A stretch of 64,000 bases of DNA, taken from Ostrea edulis (lineage: Eukaryota). The stretch's first letter is position 1. The number at the start of each line of letters is the position of its first letter. Positions 13,901 through 24,667 of this stretch are shown piece by piece. The notes under the pieces were generated by a model, which worked only from the letters and a program-made list of their open reading frames with translations, was not told the DNA's origin and did no database searches. The stretch is from NCBI RefSeq assembly GCF_947568905.1, contig NC_079166.1, positions 10,106,001 to 10,170,000 of the forward strand, given 5' to 3'. Both the position numbers and the translations under genes were made by a program.

Positions 13901-16024
13901 TTAAAAGCTTTAAGATTCGCTAATTATAAACTAGATTTGTTATAATTGATTTACATAAATAGTCATGTAGCAAATTCAACCTTGCATTTTTAGCAGTCAC
14001 TTCTACTGTAAAAAATATTAGGTGGGGGGGGGGGGTCACCAAATATATGAAAATAACACCAGAAAATGGTGATTGTTAATGTGGAGACCCAATCTAATTA
14101 AAATTAGATCTTCCATCCGCTCCCCAGTTTGGGGAGCGGATGGAAGATCTAATTTTAATTACATTGTGTGGAGACCAGGACTCAGCTGGTTATATGTGTG
14201 TATATATATATACATATATGGTATCATAGCACTCTTTCATCCTGTAACGTTTTATCAAAGCAGTATATGTCTCGTCATATAGCCTAGTATTATATTAAAT
14301 GAATACTGTGATACATACCACATGTCAGTAGTTGCACCTGAAAAAGAGTAAAAACAAACCACAAAGCAACGCATTCAAGAATGTAAAAAAGAACGTTATC
14401 AATACACGAATACAAGACAAAATGAAGAAACTTTATAAATCAATATTTGAAAGAAGGAAAAATTCAAACAATTCAACAAATCAATTGACGATGCAGCTTT
14501 ATATAACTGATTGATAGGACCTCGATCTAACCTGATTCGGTGATTTTGTAGTCATCTTCTGTGAAGTGTATATGGCAAACAACGTCTTCTTTTCCTGGGT
14601 TCCATAATTTTTTTGTTTTCCTATCCATCCGTTTGATCGCTACCCTCCATTTCAAGAGTAATTCCTGATCTGTGGGAAACTTGTGACCCCCAAAACCACC
14701 ACAAAGTGGAACACAACAATATTTCACCATTGTTTACTTCAAGCGTCTAATTGATAAAGCGTTTTCAGTATCCCCCATAAACCGTGACTAATATTTAAAA
14801 CCGGAAACGGTGCTGGTGTAAACTATTGTTCAAGCTTGCAAGGGGAGGGGGGGGGGGTTCAAGATATCTTTCTATGAAAATGACTAAACTTTATCATACG
14901 TTTAAAATTAACGGAAATTAAAGAAAATAAACCTTGCCCCCCCCCCCCCCTTACAAAAATGTCTGATGCCGGAATGCAAGGTGGTCGATATAAATGACGT
15001 CACAATTTTGTAATATGTGTGGTGATGATGAGCTGTTTAGGCCTAGTCTGAAGCGAGTTAAAGACCTTTGAAGGTTGATCTCATCGAGAATTTATTCGGA
15101 AATGTAGCAGACAGAATGTTTATTTCGTTTGTGAATGAAATAACTGGATTTTTCTAACAACATACTAGACTATTACACAGCTCTTAAGTCTCAATGCAGT
15201 GAAAGGGGTTTTATAGAGCCTTGCAGGTTTATAAAGGGGGTATGCATACATGTATGATACCAGTCTCACTACCGTAAGTACTCTTAGTTTAATATCGATA
15301 TATATATTTATATTCACATTTAATGCAAGAAAATTTAAGTTTGTGTTATAATTAGCTCTGAAAATACATTAGGCCCTAAATGACACCTCCATGCTCTTTA
15401 TATGACGTCATCAGTTTGTGTGTGTTTTGTCAAACGACAACGTAAATAGAAGATAGACTGTCAACATTCTTATAAAATGAACTTGTAAATAATATTAAAT
15501 GCAATTTCAGTGCTTCATATATAAGAATTATTATAAAATAATTAAGAGTTTAATTGCATAAAGTCATACATATGCCACGAATGCGTATATTACGGTATTA
15601 CAATGTATATATATGTACCTGCAGGGGGTGGCATTGACGACTCGAAGCCACCGACAATGCCACTGAAGTTTGGCCTGTCTTTCATCATTCCGATGATTTT
15701 CTCCTCAGCGGCAGTCGGTGGCTTAGGCGGGGGGCCTCCACCTGTCATCTTCAACGACTTCTTCGCTTCGCTGAAGGTCTTCTTTGCCCCCTGCTGCAAA
15801 TTCCCCCACTTAAACTTGACCTGATCTACTGTCCTCCTCTGCACACCCATTGCATTGATGTTTTCGGTCAGCTCCTGCCATTTTGCGTTTTTCTTAGCGT
15901 TAGTTATTAGATTCGAATGCTTGGCCTTTAAAATATGTTCATTTTTTTCAACAAAATCCGTCAGCGCGCTTATCTCTGCTAGGCTCCAATTACAACTTCT
16001 GCTCTTCTTTAAAATAGTGGCCAT
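7563..16024 (-). CDS. Harbinger Myb/SANT-like (NAIF1-like) DNA-binding protein, 4 exons, 280 aa
   Basis: complement(join(16024..15619,8337..8226,8074..7945,7757..7563)), 843 nt, with matching phases 1/2/0. N-terminal [10 protein letters not shown]...KW...VKFKW Myb/SANT domain with TGGG motif; C-terminal coiled-coil. Intron 1 contains the ISL2EU element. Confidence 0.88.
9080..12113 (+). CDS. SAP + SWIM zinc finger + YqaJ (lambda-exonuclease-like) protein, 8 exons, 521 aa
   Basis: join(9080..9183,9537..9712,9889..10034,10211..10430,10560..10753,11017..11085,11307..11542,11693..12113), 1566 nt open; intron 3 has a GC donor (AAG|GCAAGT). SAP: [27 protein letters not shown]: CECPAG..TCKH. YqaJ: [33 protein letters not shown]. 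Confidence 0.88.
12663..14730 (-). CDS. ISL2EU transposase (THAP + HTH + DDE_Tnp_4-type domain), 2 exons, 460 aa
   Basis: complement(join(14730..14532,13846..12663)), 1383 nt open. THAP C2CH: CCVPLC...FP...W...VCHIHF. DDE: [23 protein letters not shown]. Confidence 0.92.
14090..14166. mobile_element. 77-bp hairpin MITE with 10-bp TSD in the ISL2EU transposase intron
   Basis: CAATCTAATTAAAATTAGATCTTCCATCCGCTCCCCA / TGGGGAGCGGATGGAAGATCTAATTTTAATTACATTG, flanked by TGTGGAGACC at 14080-89 and 14167-76. Confidence 0.8.
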
Positions 16025-16246
16025 CTTTTTTTTCAGTAGGGAAGGTAAAATGCACGTGCAGACGGATTTAACGAAAGTTTAACAGAGTTTTCTCTGTTAA
16101 ATAATAGTTAGTTAATTAGGAGTTAATAACTTTTCGTGCAACTCAATTTTAACTATCTATTAGCTAACTAACAGTTTAAAATTTAACTATTAGTTACGGA
16201 CTTAACTCGAAGTTAATTTAACTAACGTTCGTGCAACTGGATCCAG

Positions 16247-16700
16247 ACCAGTAAACAAACAGACTACTAAAGACTCCTATCCCTATCTGATAGGCATTTT
16301 CGTTCTCATTTTGGTATTGACTTTGGCTTACATTGGACAATGTTTCTACAAACGTTTATTCAAGGCAAACAACGCCAATGATATTTCTCAACCCGGGATA
16401 TCGGAGGTCCCTGGAAACGAAAATGAATTGGATATGAGGATACCATATGACGTAATAGAAGACACAACACATAGTGACGTCAGACAAGTCAACTTACTGA
16501 CTTACAGGAACTTCTACAACTCAGCAAATGAGACGGTTCAGCCTTACGAAGCCGTCGAAAATGAAAAATCTGAGCATGAAAAGCTATTGCTGCAAAATAT
16601 TAAACCTGAAGAGAATGTCAGCGATGAGTTGAAATCCAAGGAGAGGCAGATTCCCTCTCTAGAAAAGCCTGAAAATGCCTATTTGACTGTCTTGGCATGA
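16247..16700 (+). CDS. 3' part of receptor last exon: transmembrane helix plus Tyr-motif cytoplasmic tail
   Basis: Joined to 3761 after removing the element and one CAG, it reads ...STTT-R-PVNKQTTKDSYPYLIGIFVLILVLTLAYIGQCFYKRLFK...PYDVI...PYEAV...ENAYLTVLA*. This is the same frame as ORF 16311-16700. Confidence 0.8.
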
Positions 16701-17032
16701 TGTGTAATTATTCAGACTAGCAATCCTGAAAATGCCTATTTGGGTGTATTGGCCTGATGTGTAATTATTCAGACTACCAATCCTGAAAATGCCTATTTGA
16801 CTGTCTTGGCATGATGTGTAATTATTCAGACTAGCAATCCTGAAAATGCCTATTTGACTGTCTTGGCATGATGTGTAATTATTCAGACTAGCAATCCTGA
16901 AAATGCCTATTTGACTTTACTGACTTGATGTGTAATTATTCAGACTAGCAATCCTGAAAATGCCTATTTGACTTTACTGACATGATGTGTAATTATTCAG
17001 ACTAGCAATCCTGAAAATGCCCATTTGACTGT
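16668..17032 (+). repeat. 57-bp tandem array overlapping the receptor stop codon (6 units plus partial)
   Basis: Unit CCTGAAAATGCCTATTTGACTGTCTTGGCATGATGTGTAATTATTCAGACTAGCAAT starts at 16668, 16725 ... 17010. The array resumes at 18849-18890 after an insertion. Confidence 0.9.
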
Positions 17033-17034
17033 AT

Positions 17035-18846
17035 AGGCCAATCCGAAAACATGAGTTATCTTTCCTTGATCCGGAACGTAGTACGCTTGCGTAACAGTAG
17101 GTTAAGACTTCCGGGTAGTATATTCGAGAAGCGTCATTATCAACAGTGCAGAAGGCCGCAAAGATAATGCTGTATAATTTTACAGTAATCACGCCAACAA
17201 ACATGTTAACGTTAATAAAAGATCTCAATGCATAGGTTTACTTCATACACGTGAAAATAACCAACTTTGCCTGTAAAAATAATAGAAAATTAATGTTGTA
17301 AGTAGAGGAGGACACCCTCCCCCCCTCTCCGATAGGATGTTCTATCGTTAAACTGATGTAATTTCCTACGACGGGCCTGTCCCGAGACGCAGTAAGATTA
17401 TTCTAACTAACCCCCCCCCCCCATTTTCCAGGATTTCACGTGTTTTATAACTGAAATTAGTATATATCATATATTGCATACATTTCCTCAGGATCTTTAG
17501 CCCGTGTTTTAATACAGTCAGATTTATAATAAAATATCAGAAGTTACTTGTTCAATATCAATGTAGTACATTCAGTGATGAAAGTTCTGCCACGATGTAC
17601 GTCTAGGTATGTCGGACTGACACATCTGGATTCTGAAAATGTTCATCTCCTTCGATTGGTGAGTAAAATTTGTAAATGAAGCAGAGGCCACTGACAGATT
17701 TCCAGCTGTCTGCCCACAAATTTTATACAGTTTCAAATACAAGTATAACCATAAAGAATTTCGTCGTCACAAACCATCTTTAAACTGACATGCAATGCTT
17801 TGAAAATAAAATAACGTATAATTGAACACCCTGAATTTATAGTCGGCAAGAGTATGTACCTGTAAATACAGCCATTTTGAGTAAAATATTCGGAGTTTTA
17901 CTCAAATTATTTTGTAAATTTGTGGCGAAAGGGGGTGTCTAAATCTGTCATTGCAATTTCTTTTATGACACGATACGTGCCTATACATAATCAAATAGAT
18001 TTCAAGGGGGCTAAAACGAATAAAAGAGGGAAGATACAGAGACGTCAAAAGCATTGTATTAGGGGGGGGGGGGGTAAACTTACCTATCCCCCAGAGAGTA
18101 CATTTGAGAATATGCCCTCCCCCCCCTTCCGGGATCACACAGGTCTATGAAAAATAATTTATATCAGTCTAGCAATATTCAACAAAATTAATAAAAAATA
18201 TTATTTAGTTACCTATTTTACTGCATTTTAAACATATCAGTTGATATTAACAATCCTAGCTTCATGCTGCAGTGTACAAAATGATTTGCACGTCCACGTC
18301 CAGGTACTTTGCAGAAAGTTACCCAATGATTGCAATCTGGTTTATTTTTGAAAGAGTCGATTGGTGGTGGTGGAATAAATTTAGCCCTGATAAAACAATG
18401 AAAGCGTTGATTTCCTATTTTAATTGATTTCTTTTATTTTGAAAAGAGGGGGGGGGGGGCATTTTACATGTATGCAAGATCTTCTCACCACAGGCACTCG
18501 ACGTTTTAAATATCTATAATAAAAAAAATTGCCTACAAAATAATTATGTCAGTCGTTATTGGATACATATGTAAACAAATGAATGTCTGGGTGATTTCCA
18601 ATTTAATTTTTAAAATCCCCCCTCCCCCCGAAAATCACTCCCGACTCGATCAAGAAATTCTTCTTCTTTTTTTCCATTAACATTTTCTAACTCACTCGTA
18701 CAAATGATTTCAACTGTTCTCGATTTTGAACAGCGCCCATACTAATAATATATGAGCAGTCTGACTGTGTTACTACCCGGAAGTTGTCATATTCACACTA
18801 AATGTAAGAATACAAAGAGAGATAACTCACGTTTTCGGAAAGGCCT
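17035..18846. mobile_element. Non-autonomous TIR element with AT TSD (ISL2EU-like)
   Basis: TIR AGGCCAATCCGAAAACATGAGTTATCT / AGATAACTCACGTTTTCGGAAAGGCCT. AT at 17033-34 and 18847-48. It splits a 57-bp unit (GACTGT-AT-TGGCATG) and is absent from the duplicate at ~52.9 kb. No ORF. Confidence 0.8.
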
Positions 18847-20429
18847 ATTGGCATGATGTGTAATTATTCAGACTAGCAATCCTGAAAATATCGAAAACGT
18901 GTGTTTTAATGCTTTGTCACATTATCCAAAACTAACACTGTGGCCTGTTTTACCCCCTCCCCAAAATCAAGACTAATATCACTCCAAAATAAACCTAACA
19001 TTCGGAATTTTTTGTTTCTTTTTTCAACAATTAAATTGAATGATGCAATTTTTTGTTATTTAAATGCAATAATTAGGAGCAATGTTAAAGAAACATAATT
19101 GTAAGAAATATTTAATTTCACAATTACCCATTTGATTAAAAGTACTTCTGTGAAAAATCTGTTAAAATCTGTTATGTCCCCGTACAGTAGTGTGAAAAAT
19201 CTGTTATGTCCCCGTACAGCAGTATGAAAAAGGAAAGAGGAAAAGGCCAACACAATGACCTCCTCCAATTTTTGAGAAAGAGTTTTCAAATTTTACACAA
19301 AGTTAGTGAATAAATAATTTTACAATGATTTTTGTTTCATGATATTTTGAAGCGATCGATATTTTATTGTTTATGTGTGATTCAACAATACAATTAATTC
19401 CTGTATAGATATTAGGACACGCCTCCTGACTGGAACTTTAAACTGTGCGGCGAAATATGAACCGTTTCTTGTAAATCATATACCATGAACTGGGGTTTCT
19501 TTTACACACCAGTATGAAGGAAAGTTTAAATATGAACTGTTTAATGCCAGTTTTACACAACAGATATCTCTCGGCCATAATAGTGTGGGGGGAAAGTGAC
19601 ACGTTCATAATGCTATTTTGGACACCCCCAGTAATTAGGCAGACATAGAAATAGAGAACTTGTATCCATTTTATACAATAATCAGACTCGGGTTAGCTAC
19701 GATAAACCAACAATGAAAAATGTAAAAATGAATGAATAAAAATGTTTAACTGTGGGAACATAATCCCATCGTACAAAAACAAATATGACAACTCGGAACC
19801 CCAAAAATTATAGGCCTATTGCTTCTATTAGCTGTTTACATGTAGGTAAATTTTGAATGATTAATTACGCAAAGAGAGTCCAATTGATTAAATATGGATA
19901 CGCACTGTTGATTTTGAAGAAAACTTTTTGAATGATTATGTAGATCAGGATTCAGATGTTTGTGCATTTTCCCCCTTAATCAGAAAGACAACCCCCTGTG
20001 ATTCATTCTGGAGAAGTCAAGCTGGCTTTCAACCCCACCCCCACTTTAAACACAATACCATAATTTTTCTTTTTTCACATGTACACTGACAGGAATTTTT
20101 AAGAAACACAAAAGAAAATTACAATGCGGTTTCATTGATTTTGAAAAGAAATGCTCAATTCAGTATGTCATGCAATGGTCGGCATTTTCTAGGTTTGTCA
20201 ATAAAAACAAGAAATAGAGGTGTTCAATTTTATTCATAACATTTCAAGGTGATACAGAAGCAAAAAAAAAAAAAAAATAGAACACTGTCAAGCCCAATAA
20301 AAGGAAAGTGCATTGCTAGAGAAACAAATGTCAATAATTCATCAAACCATTCAGGTGAGCTACAGCATACAAAACAATCACCGGGGGGGGGGGGGTAGTG
20401 TACCAACATCATACTGCTGCGATTATGGG

Positions 20430-20570
20430 GAATTTCAAACAGTATGTGTGTGTATTATAGGAGAAATTTCAAACTGTGTGTGTATTATATGAGAAATTTC
20501 AAACTGTGTGTGTGTGTTATATGAGAAATTTCAAACAGTGTGTGTATTACATGAGAAATTTCAAACTGTA
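20430..20570 (+). repeat. ~30-34-bp tandem repeat next to an assembly gap
   Basis: Repeated GAGAAATTTCAAAC(A/T)GTGTGTGTATTAT; a longer homologous array lies at ~54965-55260. Confidence 0.85.
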
Positions 20571-20704
20571 NNNNNNNNNNNNNNNNNNNNNNNNNNNNNN
20601 NNNNNNNNNNNNNNNNNNNNNNNNNNNNNNNNNNNNNNNNNNNNNNNNNNNNNNNNNNNNNNNNNNNNNNNNNNNNNNNNNNNNNNNNNNNNNNNNNNNN
20701 NNNN
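20571..20704. other. Assembly gap (134 N)
   Basis: Run of N. Confidence 1.
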
Positions 20705-20989
20705 CGTAATATGACAATACTGAAATATGTTTTTAACCTGAAGCCCTCAGTATGGAAAGTTTGACTACAGTGTTTCTAAATCATTGATATATAAAGCAGG
20801 ACTGTCCGTGAAATCACTGGAGGCATTCATTCAGGATTTAATATTGATTAATATGTCGTTTAGTCAAATTAATTTATCAAAATCCAGCGATATATCATTC
20901 AAATTAAATTTGATAAAATATAGGAAATTGTATTTGATATTAATATTATTTTATATGCTTACACCAGTCTGGAGCTAGTGCCTTGCCTT

Positions 20990-21177
20990 TTGCACCATTA
21001 AAGTGCTCAAGAGTTGTGGAGACCTGCTTCAGACTCCATAATTTAGCAATGGACGAGAGAATCCCTTTGAAACACAAAGGACATGCTATTGAGAAATATG
21101 GAAATAATAACATTTTTAGAGACGATGCTCCTGTTTCTGATCAGGAGCTGAGACAGCGAATAGCGAATTTATTGTGA
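20990..21177 (+). pseudogene. C-terminal relic of a Harbinger-type transposase
   Basis: PFAPLKCSRVVETCFRLHNLAMDERIP resembles the Harbinger C-terminal P-x-K...(A/T)C-x-x-LHN motif and the end of the 3962-6607 protein. No upstream exons found. Confidence 0.5.
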
Positions 21178-21240
21178 TGTAAATACAGAAACAAAATCAT
21201 TCAGATTGAGTAATTATTTCCGTAAAAACTAGATTCTAGC

Positions 21241-21359
21241 TAATCTGATTAAAATCAGATCCTCGATCCTCTCCTCTTTTTTTTCTTCTTGTCGCTAGCC
21301 TCGTGTAGCGACAAGAAAAAAAAGAGGAGAGGATCGAGGATCTGATTTTAATCAGATTG
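21241..21359. mobile_element. ~120-bp hairpin MITE with 9-10-bp TSD, same terminal family as 14090-14166
   Basis: Arms AATCTGATTAAAATCAGATCCTCGATCCTCTCCTC...GTCGCTA / TAGCGAC...GAGGAGAGGATCGAGGATCTGATTTTAATCAGATT; GATTCTAGC(T) on both sides. Confidence 0.8.
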
Positions 21360-24300
21360 GATTCTAGCTACCGGTACCCTCTGAAGAGCATCGGCTTTGG
21401 GGGCTTCAATGCTCTTTTTCTCTTCATCTATTTCATTTCTTCTTTTCTTTATTTTGTTCAACTCCTCCATCTGGCTGTCTTCTGTACTCCTCAGTTTTCC
21501 TGCGAATAAAAAAAAATTAAACATAGTTTGTCAGGTGACCCTTTACAAAGATACCATAAATATCCCAACGGACTTTACAAAGCGATCAACATATTTTTTT
21601 TAAAATCGTTCAATACACCATCTCGTGATACTTTTATCTTATTTTTATATAAAATATAATTTTCCCCCTGAATAAGCATCACGAGATCGCTTTATCTCAC
21701 ATCATATGGTAATGCTATCCTTTATGTTACACGTAGGACTGATTCTCATATACATGTATAACGAATGCACAAGAATCATTTTCGCACGATACTACAAATA
21801 TATATTTTAAAAAAGGGGGGGACATTTTTGAAAAGCTCATTTTCAAACTATTGTAAAATAAGAATGTTTCGGTGAAGATATCTTTATGAAATTTGATAGG
21901 CTTCAAAGATTATCACCACGGCAACAATTTGATACATTATTCTTTATTTTACCATCAATGCATATGCATACTCATTGCATTATCAGAAACTGCATTTACC
22001 ACCCCGAGGAATTTATCATGTGTATGAAGATGCGGCACTTGCTAAATTCGACATTTAAACACCATAAAACAATCCATATAGTTTCTTATTATGCTCATAT
22101 ATGATATGGGAAATTTTGAGGTTGAAATGGTCGGGGAACCCTTCCAATGGATGCAATTTCGTTTATAATGTTTATAATACCACATTGATAGCTTACTAGT
22201 TGTGGGTTTCTCCTTTTTCTTGCTCTCTCGTGGAAGGGGAGGAGGAGAGTCTTCACAAGAGTCATCCTCATTAAATTCCTATCGCTATCAACTTTTTAAA
22301 AAAAATCTGCTCAAAGTAGAATTCAATGCATATATGTATTGTAATTTAAACCAAAGTCACAGGATCTGGGGGAAAAAAATGGTTTGTATGAAATATATAG
22401 TAAAACTGTGTCTGGGAATAAACTTATGGGCAACTTCGGCACATGTATATCTGTTGATGATATTGGAAGCTTTCAATTTTGAAGAATTTTTAATTTCATT
22501 CAATCTATACGAAAATTACGGAACGTACATGTATAACATTACATAGTCTACATATTTCAGAAAAAAATAATTTTACAACCAAGGAACATTAATGTTGACC
22601 GTCTTGAAATTTATTCCATCCAATCAACCAAGCTTTAAATAAGAAAGAATTGCATCCTCTGACCTATAATATACAATTTGTATAGCCTCCAGGTTATAAT
22701 CATGATAATAATGGTAACAACTGCATATATTGAATCCCTTTTTAAATTCATGGGGAATACAAAAACATTCAGATAGATATTAAAAGGAAAGAATGTTTAA
22801 TTGAATATTGGTTATTGCAAATTAACACCACCACCCCCCCCCCACTTCACCAAAAAATTAAAATAAGGACTCAATATGCAGCCCTTGCCCTCTTTAATAT
22901 ATCGTTATCATAACTTGGAGGATATAGATATTGTAAATTATAGGTCAGCGGACACAATTCCTTTCAACACTGTCGCCATTATTCATTGAGTTCTTTACAG
23001 ACTAAGAGTTAAACCTAGTCATGAGCAGGCCTAAATTTAAACCATAAATTTAGTCGGGTGCAAACGTAGTCTTTTTTATGAAACGCGACTTAGTCCGGTT
23101 TTCTGACTTAGTCCTGTTTCTACGCCCGACTAAGCTTACGTCTGGTCGTAGGCCTTTTTGTGAAACTGGTCCCGGATGTCGAGCATTTGGCGATGGAACT
23201 GTCACTACCTGTTTTAACGACTTAGGTCTGTCGCAGCCGGGATTCGAACAAAGCCCCTGGAACCTCCTGGATTTTAAACATTTTATAGGACTTGAAAAAT
23301 GTCCTAGATGTAGTAGTCATCTTTACTATTGTCTTTCAATTTAACAAGGTGACATTAATAAAATGACGCAAAAATTTTAGGAGTTGAGGAAACAAATGTA
23401 CATGTAATTTCTAGCAATAAAGTTAATTCGATGCAAGGTGAAGATAACGAACAGTGATCAATCTCATAACTCCTATAAGCAATACAAAATAAATAGTTGG
23501 GCAAACACGGACCCCTGGACACATCAGAGGTAAATCACAATTTTTTGTCATTTACTTTTTCAAAAGTGTAGGAAATTATTGCTTCTTTTATCGTTTACAT
23601 TATTTCTAAACAAGAGACCAAATTTACCTCAAATTAAAAATTAATGTTTAGGAGGAGGGGGTGGCTACTCCACTCCGTAAATCCGTCATCGTATTTAAAG
23701 TACATAGACCACGTGAATATCAGCCTCGTCGTCTTGATATAGAACTTGATATTTACAACGACATTCATACTTTGTATAATAAAATTAAATTCAAGTCTTT
23801 AAAGGAACGAAACAATGTCAATGCAGAAGTTGAGGGTGGGTGGCTGTAATCTATCGTGTGAAAAGCTCAAAATGAATACGCGTAAGTTAACTCAATTGTC
23901 AACCATGTGTTCAATGAAAACACATGCAGGCGCGTAGCCAGAACGAAAATTATGTGTACGCAATGCACGCAAGAGGTCTGGGGCCGCCAGTGGGCCGAGG
24001 ACAAAGCCCTGGTAAGGACAAAGGGGCGAAGTACCGGAAGCTCCTGGGTTTTACCAATGAAATAACCAATTTTCTGAGTGGAGAAACCGTGTTTCTTGTC
24101 AATTTCCCAAACAAATCGAATGTAGTAAATGTTTTCTAAAGTGTTTTATAATACTTATTATTATATAGTACTTGGACTGACTACGTTTGTTTTCCGAATT
24201 TTGTTGTCCACTAATTTTACGTTGTTTTCAACTGGTATGTATAGAAAATATTATCACAAAGAATATCCTAAATATGTCTACTACATGAAGTGATATTCAA

Positions 24301-24369
24301 CATGATGTTGATGATTTGAAGTTCAAACTGGACTGAATAATGTATTTTTGAGACAAGTATTTTAAAACT

Positions 24370-24435
<66 letters not shown>

Positions 24436-24594
24436 AATGATGTGTACACAGTTGCGTACTTGCGTATAGGTAGCTACGCGGCTGACGTGAGATTTCTACT
24501 CGATGAATACGATATCGAGTAGCCTTAGTACGCAAGTCCTCGAGCTCGCGCTTCATACTTCACAACGTAGTGCAGTAGGCTGTGACGTCATAGC

Positions 24595-24667
<73 letters not shown>

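Larger units (their letters stand above)
8983..14824. mobile_element. ISL2EU (PHIS superfamily) autonomous element nested in the Harbinger Myb-gene intron
   Basis: Imperfect ~65-bp inverted ends: left GGTATTCGCC...ACCGTTACCGGTT...TTATGGGGGATAC..AAAACGCTTTAT versus reverse-complemented right end AGTTTACACC...ACCGTTTCCGGTT...TTATGGGGGATACTGAAAACGCTTTAT. AT at 8981-82 and 14825-26. Encodes the THAP-DDE plus YqaJ gene pair typical of ISL2EU. The exact termini are less certain than the genes. Confidence 0.85.
3762..16243 (+). mobile_element. Autonomous PIF/Harbinger DNA transposon (12,482 bp including nested inserts)
   Basis: Perfect 27-bp TIR GATCCAGTTGCACGAACGTTAGTTAAA at 3762 and its reverse complement ending at 16243. 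CAG direct repeats at 3759-3761 and 16244-16246 (CWG-type TSD). Convergent transposase and Myb/SANT genes; TTAAC/GTTAA-rich subterminal regions. Confidence 0.95.

Noticed and set aside
3759-16246. Harbinger acting as a spliceable (introner-like) insertion using its CAG TSD
   Set aside because: The left junction reads CAG|GA with no GT/GC donor. Splicing the phase-1 upstream exon to the right CAG gives GAC CAG TAA, an immediate stop.
16311-16700. Stand-alone 129-aa gene
   Set aside because: It starts at TTG in the middle of a TM helix and is the distal half of the interrupted receptor exon.
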